Shown here in pieces: positions 1 to 13,357 of a stretch of DNA of 64,000 bases; the first letter of the stretch is position 1, and each line of letters starts with the position of its first letter. This DNA is from Octopus vulgaris (Eukaryota). The stretch spans positions 186,620,001 through 186,684,000 of the forward strand of contig OX597815.1 of assembly GCA_951406725.2 (NCBI GenBank), read 5' to 3'. A program made the translations under genes and the position numbers. The notes beneath the pieces were generated by a model that saw only the letters and a program-made list of their open reading frames with translations, was not told the DNA's origin and did no database searches.

Positions 1-736
1 AATACTTAATGATACAGTAAAAATAAATGGTTTAAAATATAATTCAATGAAGTTATTCTTTTACAAAGAATGTCGTCGCAGTTCGCTAAACACTATGGCC
101 TCTTTGCAAGACTAGAATATTTTTCAGTTGTTATGATTAGAACTTTTACTTTAGAAAATGTATTAGAAAATTTAATTACACAAAACAATGTAAAAAAAAA
201 AACTGAAACCATATTGAATCGCCTCCGTATTTTGTACATAGCATCTTGATTAGAATCTTCGATGGAGACAGTACCTTATTGTATACAACGTGTGTATACA
301 ATCTGAAGTGACTAGTCTCGTTAGTCTGTCCCTTGATCTGGTGTTTTCGTTTATATGTGTCTTATCCGCAGCCAAATTCTACACCAACAATGAAACATTT
401 AATATCTTCAAAATTTTAGCAAATTCACTCGAAAATATGTCACAAGCAGATAACTTGTGCTTTTAATATATAAATCAATTGTAAATTATCTCTGGCTTCG
501 GCATATCTCCTGATAATTCATTTTAGTAACTGTCTATATGTGGGATTCAATATCATAAATTGAAAAATAATAATGATGGCTTGGCTGTGTGATGAGAAGC
601 TTGCTTCCCAATCTCATGATTCCGTTTTCACTCCTTCTGCGTAGCACTTTGGACACGTATCTTCTGCTTATTGCCTCGGGCCGATCAAAGCCTTGTGAGA
701 AGACTTGATAGACGGAAACCGAAAGAAGCCCGGGTC

Positions 737-1284
737 TGTGAGTATCATGTAAGACTAGAGATGGGAGCGATGACCTCCCTCGCATATACTAATCGGACAC
801 TGACTGTGTGTCGTTGGCCAGCTGGAGGAGATGTCTTCCTGGGGATAAAAGCAACAGTAACACCGTCCTCTATAGGACCGCTACATTTAGTTGGCAAATA
901 TATTTTACGATTCTGTACTGTTACTGTTTATCTCTCGCTCAGGGATTTAATACAACTTACTCCTCTCTTTACGAGATTAGCGTCAGTTTATCGCTAGAAA
1001 AAGCATATAGTATTTTGCGAGTAGAATGAGTTCTTCATCACTTGCTAGTGCGTGTTCATCACTTGCTAGTGATGAACACGCACTGGGAACGGGTAACCAC
1101 TCAGAAACCAAGGTCAGTGTGTATCATGTAAGGCTAGAGATTGGAGCGATGACCTCCCTCACAAATACTAATCGGACACAGTGTGTCGTTGGCCAGCTGG
1201 AGGAAATATCTTGCTAGATCTAAAAACAACAGTAACACCGTCCTCTATTGGACCGCCACATTTAGTTGGCAAATATATTTTATG
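737..1284 (+). mobile_element. Retrozyme/PLE-pLTR-like insert: ~170-bp direct repeats (737-909, 1116-1284) with a period of ~379 bp
   Basis: There are two diverged direct repeats. The second starts immediately after GUC of a degenerate hammerhead (1079-1121). The insert is homologous to the hammerhead element at 50831-51075. Confidence 0.65.
1079..1121 (+). ncRNA. Degenerate minimal hammerhead ribozyme
   Basis: cgcact-[gggaac, decayed core]-gggt aacc actc-a-GAA-ACC AA GGT-C-agtgtg. Stems I, II and III are present, but the CUGANGA core is damaged. Confidence 0.5.
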
Positions 1285-3780
1285 TCTATATAGATATTTA
1301 TTTATGTATGTATAATGCATGTATGCGTGTCTGTGTGTCTGTGTTTGTCAACCTTAGCTGCTTGGTGACCGGCGTTGTTATATTTACGTTCCTGTAACTA
1401 CGTTTTTCGGCAAAAGAGACGAGTAGATTCAGTACCAGGCTTTAAAAATGTAAGTACTGGATTAAATTCCTTCGACTAAAAATTCTTCAAAGCGGCGCCC
1501 CAGCATGGCTGCATTCTAATGAATGAACACGGTAAATGGTAAAAGATAAAAGACAGACATATTTTCTCTGGACACATTTAAATGCAGAATATGCAAAACG
1601 CCATTTATCTTTCCTGTGGCATTGTAGATGTTTCTGAATAATCTCTGCGGAATAAAACCATAATTTCAATTATAGTTGTATGGGAAGACTCGACGAACAG
1701 AATTTACGACGACTAACTTGAGAATAGAGTCTTTAGATAAAGAAAGGCATATCAATTGTTATTCTATTGCATAGAGTTTAGAAATTAGTGATCAATGAAT
1801 GAGATTCTTATAAAAAGGCATCGGTATCATTTCAGTACTCCATAGAAGCCTATACATGGCTTACAATGAACGTCGCTGGAAACGATGGGCATATTCCGAA
1901 GCTTCTTTTGTATAATTCTTGGCAAGTTTGTAAGCACGAGTGATGTGTGTGTGTTTTTCTCGCTTTGTTAGAATAATATTTGCGTTGGCGAATATTTGAA
2001 AACTTGGTTGATACTAGGAGTGAAAGATGGTTGTGAAAGGAATATTTTGAACTTCTTCCTTTGTATTGGAACGCAGGAAGATAAAACTGTTGATTGAGAA
2101 AACGTATAATCAATAAAGAGATGGAATAATCAGATGCTTTGTATAAACACGTTCCTTAAAGCGAAAGACGATTTGATTATCACGCTGGAATGCTAATATA
2201 TAATTAACCTGAATTTTAGAAACATACATTGATTAAATTTTAGGTTAAAAATTCAAGAAGTGGCTTTTCATTTTCAGACAATTGATGTCAAGTTAACTAC
2301 AAAACCTTCGAATTATAAATTATCATCAAATTACTTTTATGCATATCCATGTGTTTGTATATATGTGATGGTGGCGTGTGTAAGCCATTGGGATACTAAT
2401 CATTAGAATGGCTACTATTATAAATCTCATTTTATCAGCTGACAACCATGAAACACTCTTTTATTGCCATACTCAACGTGTGACTTTAATGGTAACATTT
2501 TCAAGTTGTGTCTTCTTACTGTTCGTTTTAAAGAAAAATAAACGTCGCTGACTCCGCTATCTGTTGTTGAATTACTATGACTGTTGTCAAGTGGTTAACA
2601 AAATGATTGGTTTTAAATAGAGAATATTACGGGAAGTAATAAATTAGAAAACATTGCATACTTGATAAGGATCAAATTTACACCAGAAATTGTCTGAAAG
2701 AATATTTCATATATCTGACAAATGAAAACTGTTCACTGTGAAATATTTCTTCCTGTCGCACCAGAGGAAGTAATAAACCTGCAATTCTTTACACCCTTCC
2801 ATGTATTTATGAGGCTAAACATTTTTACATTTGCGGTCATGCAACACAGTTCTAGTGGCGTTAGTTTGCTTAAAAATATTCATTATATTAATACAATGTA
2901 TATAAGTGTATACAGTTATAAAAGTAAAGCTGTTTATAAAGCGATCGACTTGGAGACCGAATTATTTCTGCTTCTCTGACTCCAATAACTATAAACATTT
3001 CTAGTAATCAAGTTAAATCCTACATGATATCTAATCAATAAGCTGATATTCACTGTTTATACATGGACAGCATGAAAAAACAAGTACTCTTTTTCTCCTG
3101 CTATCTTGCTTATTTAAAGCGGTCAACATTTGTATGCTGGCTTTATATGTAATCTATCAAAATCTTACAACTACTTGGTTTAATAACCATCAGAGTATTA
3201 TATGGCCTGGGTAATATGACTTTCGTATGTGACGAGAGTTGAAGAGCTAAAAGTGTTTGACTATTTTCGTTCAATAACGCAATTTCTATTCCACTTGGAT
3301 GGTATCTCATCTCATATAATAGAAATGACCTTGGGAAAAAATCAACAGCGAGATAATTTTCCTCTTCGACGGCATAAAATGTTTCTGTGTCTAATCAAAA
3401 TAAACAGATAATAATATGTTTGCCAGTAGTGAATTACATATTCGGTGGATTTATTGTTCATTAAATTAACAACTGAATACACTTTCTTTTACTAGAAAAA
3501 AGTAATGCGCATTTCTTATCGAAAGAAAATAGAAAACCGGAAGTCGCGATATTGATCCATTTCTCAAAACAGTGAAATGTTTCATATATTTTTACATGAC
3601 TTTTTACGTTGTCTTTTGTGTTCGCAAAAGATTACTCGGAATTGACCCTTAAATATTACTGTTTTATTGTTTATTTATCTATTTGTTTCTTCTCTAGATC
3701 AATCATCTTAAGAGAAATGGCAATATGGAGATTGTTTCTTTCTGTTGAGTGTAATTATTAAATTTAAGTAAAATTGCTTA

Positions 3781-4194
3781 CTCTCTTTACTCTTTACTCT
3801 TTTAATTGTTTCAGTCATTTGACTGCGGTCATGCTGGAGCACCGCCTTTAATCGAGCAACTCGACCCCGGGACTTATTCTTTTGTAAGCCCAGTACTTAT
3901 TCTATCGGTCTCTTTCGCCGAACCGCTAAGTGACGGGAACGTAAACACACCAGCATCGGTTGTCAAGCAATGCTAGGGGGACAAACACAGACACACAAAC
4001 ACACACGCACATGTATATATATACATATATACGACGGGCTTCTTTCAGTTTCCGTCTACCAAATCCACTCACAAGGCATTGGTCGGCCCGAGGCTATAGT
4101 AGAAGACACTTGCCCAAGGTGCCACGCAGTGGGACTGAACCCGGAACCATGTGGTTGGTAAGCAAGCTACTTACCACACAGCCACTCCTGCGCC
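3781..4194 (-). mobile_element. SINE family A, full length
   Basis: tRNA-like head, CORE-like 'ccttgggcaagtgtct', internal (TA/TG)n, (GAGTAAA)n tail; near-identical to 53185 and 61744. Confidence 0.92.
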
Positions 4195-4617
4195 TTAGCT
4201 AATTTCTGTTTTCTACTTTACTTTGCTTAAAGAAAAGGCGTGAACACTTAAATAGTACATAAATCTCAAACTTTACTGATATTTTCGAATCCATTCCCTC
4301 TAATCTATTGCACTCACCACGACAGAAAACATAAAAGGCAATGTGTATCTCGTCGGTGAAGCTCGTAAAAGGAAACTAAAACAACAAACGGTGCAAGAGT
4401 GAGTGACAGTTAGAGACGCTGAACGCAGGAAAACAGTCGTAAAAGTATTTGATCAGAAATCGTTGGTATTTAACACAAATAAAACTGCAAACTTTTATGA
4501 TAAATTATATTTGGTTTAAATTTCACACAGTCGTATACACATATAAATATATATGTGAAATTAAATATTAAACTCGTCTGTTTTTCAAAATATCGTTCAA
4601 CATAACATTTATATATC

Positions 4618-4667
<50 letters not shown>

Positions 4668-4735
4668 TGTGTGTGTGTGTGCATGTCAACATGTATGGGT
4701 ATGGCGATATATATATATAAATATATATTTATATA

Positions 4736-5160
4736 TTAGGTTTTGAAGAAAGTTCTTGCGGTTTTTAACCTTTAAATTCAGATGCACATATCTCGGCTCA
4801 AACGAAACTTTATTAATCGAAATAAACACCGTCAAAATCAACAAACCTTTGCCAACGCGAAACAAGTATATTTATGCCAGTAGCGTAAATAACCTGCGCT
4901 CTGGTGGCGATGAAATCGTTGAAGGCGTGTTTGGCATCGTCTTGGTTTTTGAAGCATTTCTCAGGCAGGAAGTTGTCGAGATGCTTGAAAAAGTGCTAGT
5001 CGGTAGGCGAGAGGTCTGGTGAGTATGGCGGATGAGGTAGAGTTTCGTAGCCCAAAGCTTTCAATTTCTTCAGGGTCAGGTGAGCGACGTGCGGCAGAAC
5101 GTTGTCGTGGAGAACAGTTGGTCCTTTTCTATTGACCAATGCTGGCTGTTGTCGGAGGCA
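4736..5160 (-). pseudogene. Mariner transposase C-terminal fragment with right TIR
   Basis: The minus strand reads LVNRKGPTVLHDNVLPHVA...LPHPPYSPDLSPTD*HFFKHLDNFL...LVSRWQRFVDFDGVYFD*. It ends in a TIR-like 'ta|ttaggttttgaagaaagttcttgcggtttt'. Confidence 0.9.
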
Positions 5161-5165
5161 TATAT

Positions 5166-5290
5166 ACGAGGTCTGATCAATAAGTATCCGGACTGTTGCA
5201 ATAGTAACGAAGCTGAGGCATGTAGACTAAAGCTGCTTGGCACAGATTCACTTTGGACTCTGCTGTGCATGCTTGATTTTCAAATAAATA
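5166..5290 (+). mobile_element. Left end of a second mariner-type element or MITE
   Basis: TA|CGAGGTCTGATCAATAAGTATCCGGACT resembles mariner TACGAGG-type termini; no matching right end was seen. Confidence 0.5.
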
Positions 5291-5311
5291 CTCTTAAGTT
5301 GCAGTAATGGT

Positions 5312-5397
5312 CAAGTGTCTTGTATTATAATTATAGCCCCGGGCCGAAAAAGCTTTGCGAGTGGCTTTGTTAGACGGAAACTGAAAGAAGCACGTCG

Positions 5398-5459
<62 letters not shown>

Positions 5460-5468
5460 CATACATAT

Positions 5469-5499
<31 letters not shown>

Positions 5500-5790
5500 T
5501 ACATACATACATACATACATACATACATACATACATACATACATACATACATACATACATACAGCTAAGTGTGTGTATTTGTGGTTGTGTCAGTCCCCGC
5601 CACCGCTTGACAAGCGGTGTTGATTTGTTTAAGATCTCAAGACTTAGCGGTTCAGCCTAAGTGAGGGATAAAATAGGTAACAGGCTTTAAATTATAAGTA
5701 CTAGGGATAGATTTGTTTGGCTAAAATCCTACAAAACATCGCCATAATTTACCCGTAGTCTAAAGACTGAATCAAGCAAAAGATAAAAGG
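5312..5790 (+). mobile_element. SINE family A, 5'-truncated, with expanded internal (GATA)n/(CATA)n
   Basis: Family A body on both sides of the 5398-5562 microsatellite. Confidence 0.75.
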
Positions 5791-6130
5791 CGTGCACAAT
5801 TGCTGACATCTTACGCATTTTTTTGTGTCTCCAATAACGATATCAGACCTGTTATCTCTACATTTGTCTGCAAGTATGATAGCAATAAGCCACCAGTGTT
5901 TCTTGTGCTGATACGTTATGTACGTACTAAAAACCTGGGGTATTTTATTTATTCAAGGGCAGTCTTTATTACGAATGGTATGTTATACTATTTCAATGAC
6001 GATCTGCTGTATTTGAAAGCGCTATCTGATTCACATTTTTAAACAATTGATCATATGTGTGATATGTTTAATGGAAATGTAATGTAATTGACATTTTCAG
6101 TAGCATTACGCCAGCTTAAGGTCATCGCTC

Positions 6131-6185
<55 letters not shown>

Positions 6186-6186
6186 G

Positions 6187-6230
<44 letters not shown>

Positions 6231-6483
6231 CCTTTCGTTCATTAGACATTTTGCTAGTATTTCTTCCCGTTAGATTGCAAATAGTTAACTTTCGAAATGT
6301 AACTGGTTGTAATGGCCATGAGACATGCTACACTTCAGAGTAATGAGAGCATTGTCTTCAAGTGTACGGAAAATATCCACATACACAAGAGATTTTAGTT
6401 TCCATACCCTGTCTGTGCAATGCAAATTCGGCGTATCTGAGGTCACATGGGATGTCATCGAAAAGTGAGTATACATGTATATA

Positions 6484-6534
<51 letters not shown>

Positions 6535-8645
6535 TTTTGAATGCGTGATGTTAAATTTAAACAAAATGCTCCAAGATAATTCTGAAGAGTTTTTTGTGGA
6601 AGTTTTGCTTTTCTTCATCAAAACTAGTTGATTAGAAGCGAACTTGTGGTCAATGCAAGATCATTATAATCCCGTCTCGAAACGATGTGTTTCACTCGAT
6701 GTCCTAAATTCATATTTTTAAGTTCTTTATTTCACCTGGCGTATAGGACTTCTGTTCTTTTATGTTTTTTGTTTGTTTGTTTTTTTTGTTTTTTTTGTCA
6801 AGTTCTAACTAAATTACAGTCGGCGTTTCGTAGACAGATTCATCTTATTTATGTATTTGTATTTACGTGAGAAATGAGATAATTTGGCAGAATCTTTGAT
6901 CTAATGTTCGTATGTTTTAGTTAAATATGAAAATGGTTTTACTTTTTCATAAATCATCTTATGTTTACCGCTAGATTCTCGATAATTGTCTGAAAGAGAC
7001 TTGCAAATATTCTTTGATAAGCAGTTGACCCTGAATTATAATATTTATATGAATTTTAAGAATCTATAGTTTCTGACAAAGTTAAGTATTTTACGGAACC
7101 CATTCGTGAAACCCCATATCTTCCTGATAGATTTAAATTGCCATTTTCCCAAAACTTATATTATTTATCTAATATGTCCAAACTGGATTTCATTCAGTAA
7201 TATGTCAGCAAATACCTCTGTCCTATTTATAGCTGAATGTTACAAATTTCCAATCAACACGATACTGTGTATTTTGTTATTCAACTTCTTGTCGTTAAAT
7301 GTTTCAAGTAGATTGACAGACATTGCAGTGTGTTTCAAATAATCCAGGAAGTTTCCATTAATTTGAGAAAATTATGTGAAATACTCTTTTTTCACTTCAT
7401 GTTTGATAGCCTTTTATATGAAAATCTCGTAAAAAGAAAACGAGAAAATACATGAATAAAATAAAGTTTAATCTTCATATTTAAATATCAAATTTGATAA
7501 ATATCACCAGCATATGCTGCTAAAAACATCAACATTTAAAATGTGATAAAATATAGTGATCATAAAGTTTAGGTCCCTATGGCGACGTAAGGTTAAAATC
7601 TAAACAGATATACAATTTATTATGTTTATTTAGTCGATGTTATAAAAACATGGCGTTATATCTTGTGTGTATTATTTTTGCGCCCACATTTCAATGTGTA
7701 AGGAGAAATAATTTACATAACGTGTTTATATATCGTGTAACCAGCATATGTGGTTACTCATCCTTTTCTGTTTGTTTATATTCAATAAAATTCAATTAAT
7801 ATTTTATTTATAAAAGCTATTCATGAAAGCTATTTCAAACTCTCATAAACACTTCTCTATCGCTAACGAACATTATTAATATATTAGAAGACCTCCATCT
7901 GAGGATCAGATTTATTATGTGGCCACTAATCAACTTAGTGAATATTGCAGTTCTCCAGTTTTATATTCATGTTGATCGCATGCAGTAAGGCTATATAACA
8001 TACTGCAGTTTTTTTCTCTCTTTTTTTAACGAATAAAATTAAAATTCCTATTGATCAGTGTACACATAGTACTTGGCAATTTGCAGATTTTCAAACACCC
8101 GATGAGTTAAATCTGTTTAATTATTCATAAATCATTTGTTAAGGGTTCCGTGTCACATACAAGGTTCAACGCTTTATGCAGTCGAAAATGTAAGTGTCGT
8201 AAGAGTTGCACGATAAAAGTAAACGAAATGAGAAACTGATAGAAAAAAACCGAATAAGATGGACGTTGCTTTTAAGTTATATTTAAACGACTTCAAACTG
8301 ATACATACATGAAAGTGATTAAAGGAAGGTGTAATAGCTATAAATACTGGTTTCACTTTTAATAAAATTGTTTCCTTCCTCCCTCCTCTGTATCTATCTA
8401 TCTTTCGTTCCTTCCTTCCTTTCTTTCTTTCTTTCTTTCTTACCGATGTAATTAAGACTTAACTTTTTTTTTGGTAAACATACAATTTTAGAGTCGCTTC
8501 TTGTTCATGCACATTTTTATCATAGTTAATTTCAATAACGCCATTTTCTCTGAAGGAAAGATTTAATGATTTATAGCCGCTAGTAACATACACTAACTGG
8601 AAAACGGCTAACTTGGTCCGTACATCATACGATTCACACCCGCAG

Positions 8646-8708
<63 letters not shown>

Positions 8709-8709
<1 letters not shown>

Positions 8710-9075
8710 GAGCAAAACGCTCCCCGTCCAATGGACGGTGCTGGGTTGTCAAACATTTAAACCAAATTTTCTCAAAACAAATTGTCCGACCGTCCTATAG
8801 GCCTCCCCTTTGAGAAACTCTGATTTAACCTAAATTTGAGACACCGTGCATTTTTCTCGCAACAGCTAATGTACTTGCGCGTACAAATGTACGTTCCCAC
8901 GGCTTTATCGGTGGCATTCTCACCTGGAATCGATTTTTGCAATTTTTTCAAGACTTATACACGCCCTGATACCGTCGGTATCTATAAATCAAACTTGAGC
9001 GCAATCGGATGGAGGATGCTCGAGTTCCTAGAAGATACACAGGCAGACAGACAGAACGGATTTTATATAATAGAT
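8709..9075 (-). mobile_element. Non-autonomous Helitron-like element
   Basis: Minus-strand 5' 'TCTATTATATAAAATCCGTTCTGTCTGTCTG'; subterminal hairpin ccgtcc-aat-ggacgg about 10 nt before a CTAG-like end (CTCG|T). Confidence 0.5.
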
Positions 9076-9110
9076 ACATAGATATAGATATAGGTATATA
9101 TATATATATA

Positions 9111-9350
9111 AGGAGATTGAAGCATTGTGATGTGTAATTTTAAAGAAAATTGCTGTGTAAAGCCGCAACAACGAGAGAAGGTACACAAAGGCGAAGAAAG
9201 CAAAACAGAGTTAGAATTTTTATCTTGTATTTCTATATTTCGGGGTGAAGATCCCTTCTTCAGGACATTTGGAAAAAACGGTAAATGGAAAAACCTGTAG
9301 TACCAACTTTGGCCGAAATATATCTAAGTTATCTAAGTTATAAATATAAA
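9111..9350 (-). mobile_element. Short TA-embedded PLE-derived element carrying a hammerhead
   Basis: It abuts (TA)n at 9095-9110 and contains the hammerhead at 9232-9265. Confidence 0.55.
9232..9265 (-). ncRNA. Minimal type-I hammerhead ribozyme (canonical core)
   Basis: Minus strand: uc-CUGAAGA-A-GGG AUCUUCAC CCC-GAA-AUAU-A-ga. Stem III is palindromic; stem I is very short. Confidence 0.6.
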
Positions 9351-11185
9351 TATAGATAAGAGTGTGTACTTGCTTTTAGATTGCTACTCATTACATTTTT
9401 CTGATCTCAAATACCGACATGGCAAAAAAATGTCCTTTAATCATTCCGGAGGTAACTAAATGAGCTGCTAATTCAGGACTGGGAGCGCCTCTTCCCTTCC
9501 GAATATATTTGTCCTTGTGCACAGATATATCCAAGTGATTTCGGATTTCATCCATCTAATCACCACATTGACCAAGTGACATCTAGCATGACCTCAGGTT
9601 GACCAAAACCAGTTTAGTGAAATTTGATATACGGAAACTAGGTAGTAGTCCTTCAGAAGACATGCTTGATTTCGTGAGTGATGAACTCCGTTGTCCGATT
9701 AAGTGACGCCACTCTTGCATATCTTTCTAGCAAATTAATTAACCGGCCGGACAATAACTTTCTTCTTTAGTATCGCCACTCTTTGGGGCTCTCTAAAGAG
9801 TTAATGATGCACTCCACCCTAGCTTTAGTGGTTGAACATATATATATATATAAGCATTTTTTCTGTTGAGGAAAAATCGGAAATTATCTAACAATATTTA
9901 TTTTCATTTCTAAGTCTTAGTTATATCCAAAGTGAGAAGTATTGGAAGCGTTCATGTGATTCTTTTTTTTTTTTAAATACTAAAATACGTATGAAAGAGC
10001 AAATCATTAACATACAATTTGAAGCCCCTTGGCAACTTGATCGTAAATTCGGATCATTATGCACATGTGGAGAAACTCAATAACAAAATTTAGAATTCAA
10101 TTTGTTTTTGACTGAAAAACATCTTACTTTAAGATATATTAATTACGTCTCAATAAATCTTTAAATAAAGTTCTTCATGAAGATGCATATTTAAGTTCTT
10201 TCAAGCGGAAGCAACTGTATATTAACCCCTTCCATATACGTTATTCATCACACGTTTCCTCAATAGACAGGTTATAATTCTATTGTACATCACAAAATTA
10301 TATTCATTCGTCGTTTCCAATCTGGAATATTTTGATGTAATTATAGACTTCTGTAACTCAACTGACTACTTTTGTTCTTCACAATTATATTACGTATTTC
10401 CTCCATATTTGAAGATATTTATAGCAAAGGGAGCTACTTCATACAATTAAACATTGACAAGATACCAGTGATACGCCTCTGTAATCTTGGTTAGTTTTCC
10501 CAGCATCGATCAACTAATTTTATTTGTTTATCTTAAGGGAAATATTTTAACAATCTTCAACATTCATAACGTTAAGAGATTTACTGTTGTCGAAATTTTT
10601 ATACGCTTTGTAAGACTTGGTTGAAAACACAAAATGGTGGTTATACATAAGAGAAACGATTGTAATTTGATTGTTTTGGATAGTTGGTAAAAATCGATAT
10701 TGATTAAAGTAAATAATTTACTTAAGCTATAGATAGTAACTAATGGACGAAAACATAATACTATAGTGATTGAAAACAAAATACATTTGTGTAATTCATA
10801 TCTCATATCAAAGATAGCAAAATTACAGAATATATTCACTAATACTTTGAATAGAATAGTTATTTCAAGAAATATTCATAAAAACAATTTTAGAAAATTT
10901 ACATTTTCAAAAAAAAATTGACTAAACTTATCTGAGTTTTATCTGCAGTGTTCTCAATGGAACTGAACTTATTTATAATTATATTTCATGAAGATTCAAC
11001 CTTTGTTGTATTGATTGAATATCAGACTGATGGCTGAGGAGATGCAGATTCCATTGTGTTATTGGCAATACGATGCGTCAAGTATCACGTTGCTTTACTT
11101 TCACACAGTGCAGAGCACCTAACTACAAATAGACATCATAGAGAGAGAAATCTTTCGCATAACGCCTAAATAATTATTAATTGAT

Positions 11186-11603
11186 AAGGGCGACAAGCTG
11201 GCAGAATCGTTGGCACGCCGGGCGAAATGCTTAGCGATATTTCGTCTGCCTTTACGTTCTGAGTTCAAATTCCGCCGAGATCGACTTTACCTTTCATCTT
11301 TTCGGGGTCGATTAAAGAAGTACCATTTACGCACCGGAGTCGATGTAATCGACTAAATATTTTTGTCTGTCCTTGTTTGTCCCCTCTGTGTTTAGCCCCT
11401 TGTGGGTAATAAAGAAATAGATATTTCGTCTGCCTTTACGTTCTGAGTTCAAATTCCGCCGAGGTCGACTTTGCCTTTCATCCTTTCGGGGTCGATTAAA
11501 GAATTACCATTTACGCACCGGAGTCGATGTAATCGACTAAATTATTTTGTCTGTCCTTGTTTGTCCCCTCTATGCTTAGTTCCTTGTGGGCAATAAAGAA
11601 ATA
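11186..11603 (+). mobile_element. SINE family C with internal ~183-bp tandem duplication
   Basis: Head 'aagggcgacaagctggcagaatcgtt', then two copies of 'atatttcgtctgcc...gagttcaaattccgccgag...aataaagaaata'. Confidence 0.88.
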
Positions 11604-11808
11604 AAACTTCAGAATTTCAGTTGAATATGTAGCACATAGTTCGAGTTATTTCACGTCTATGACAGTGAGACCGATCAATTACCCACCGCACGGCAAAACA
11701 GAGTTTCATGATTTAAAATTTATATGAATTCTTCATTTACGGTGATACTATATGGCATGTATTGGAATTCTTCAAAATTATATTACTTCATTGATATTTT
11801 ATTGAATA

Positions 11809-12663
11809 CTAGCAGAGAAACCCGGCCTTGCTCGGGATTAAAATGGTATAGTTTTTTATTGTTTTGGTATTATAACCCGATTTCATTCGAGTCTACTCGG
11901 GCCACATTTTAAGAAATGAGAAATTTTGCTCTAGAGGCCACGCCTTTCAATTGAGCAAACTCAGTACCTACTAGTACTTTCAACATAGGTGTGCAAATTT
12001 TCAGCTCAATCCAACCACATATAAATACATTGTATATATACATACTCATTAAATATATATAAGTATATATATACATATATACATATGTATACACATTATA
12101 TATCTATGTATAAATGATTAATAATAAGTTATCATGTTTGTGCGGTGGTGGTGGGCGATAATAATTCAGCGTTCTAAAAGCCCTTTGGCGGGAATATTTA
12201 AACTTCGAGATAGTGAAACGTATTTTCGATACAATATAATTATTTACTATTTTATTCCTCACATTTGTGTCTGTCAACACTTTCTCCCTATAGATACAGA
12301 CAGACGTACAGCGACAGAGACGGTGGTAGAAAAACGACAGAGTGACGGCGAAGAAAAAGAGGGAAAGAAAGATAGTGGAAGCTGTCACACGTCGTTATAT
12401 AGAGAAATAGGAGGGAAGGGAGGAAAGAGAGATGTCGAGAGAGAAAGGGTGATAGCCGAAAGTGAGAAACGACAAACACTTGTCAAGGTCCGTTTAAAGA
12501 CGATGAAGTTTGCCCTAGTGGCCAAGCCTTTCAATGGATAAAACTGAAATTCGCCATGCTCATTCGCCAACACATTCCCTACAGACGACCACGTTTACTA
12601 ACACTTTTGCCTGGACAACTGCACGTGAGACAACGCCCGCCCTTTTCACAAATATAGAATAGA
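11809..12663 (-). mobile_element. Non-autonomous Helitron
   Basis: Minus strand: A|TCTATTCTATATTTG... at the 5' end and hairpin cccgagcaaggccggg + CTAG|T at the 3' end; AT target site. Confidence 0.7.
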
Positions 12664-13147
12664 TTAGTTATATTAGTTCTAATTTTGGAAAAAGATCAGT
12701 AACATTGAGGGATGGGAGAAAAGTTGGTTACATTGACCTCACTGTTTCGTGGCCACGTTATTTTATCAACCTGAAAGGATGACAAGCAATGTTGACCTCA
12801 GATGGTTCAAAACTCTGACAGTAAACATGTAGAAGAAATACTGCAACGTGTGTTCGATAGTCTACCGATTCTGTCAACCCACTTCATTAATTTAAATGCT
12901 AATCTAATATAAAACATAATATAAATATATTTGACTTATTTTGTAGTATACGATCCCTCTAAGTGGAGACCCTGCTTAACCCCTCACCGATCTAAAAGTA
13001 GCAGCCCTATGCCCAACAGACGTCACACTTCTGATTTGAAAAGAAAATAATCCATAGAATAACGTATTCTTCGATATTCTTCAAAAAATATAGAACAGCC
13101 CTAACTGGAACACTTTTGTTGTAAGGCCTAGATGATCAAATAAAAAC

Positions 13148-13179
13148 ATAACATGACTAGGTATACCTAGTCATGTTAT
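13148..13179. repeat. Perfect 32-bp palindrome
   Basis: ataacatgactaggta|tacctagtcatgttat. Confidence 0.95.
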
Positions 13180-13182
13180 AGG

Positions 13183-13357
13183 AGGGGGCTAGTCGATTAG
13201 ATCGACCCAGTACGTAACTGGTACTTAATTTATCGACCCCGAAAGGATGAAAGGCAAAGTGGACCTCGGCGGAATTTGAACTCAGAACATAAAGACAGAC
13301 GAAACACCGCTAAGCATTTTGCCCGGAGGGATAACGTTTCTGCCAGCTCACCGACTT
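13183..13357 (-). mobile_element. SINE family C, short form
   Basis: Reverse complement of the family C head and body. Confidence 0.85.

Larger units (their letters stand above)
576..1555 (+). mobile_element. SINE family A copy split by an insertion (left arm ~576-736, right arm ~1290-1555)
   Basis: The head 'tggctgtgtgatgagaagcttgcttcc...gacggaaaccgaaagaagccc' and the tail 'cggcaaaagagac...ccagcatggc...aaaagataaaag' match the intact copies at 53185 and 61744. Confidence 0.8.

Noticed and set aside
7572-7595. piggyBac-like end '...ggcgacgtaagg|ttaa'
   Set aside because: No matching opposite terminus was found.
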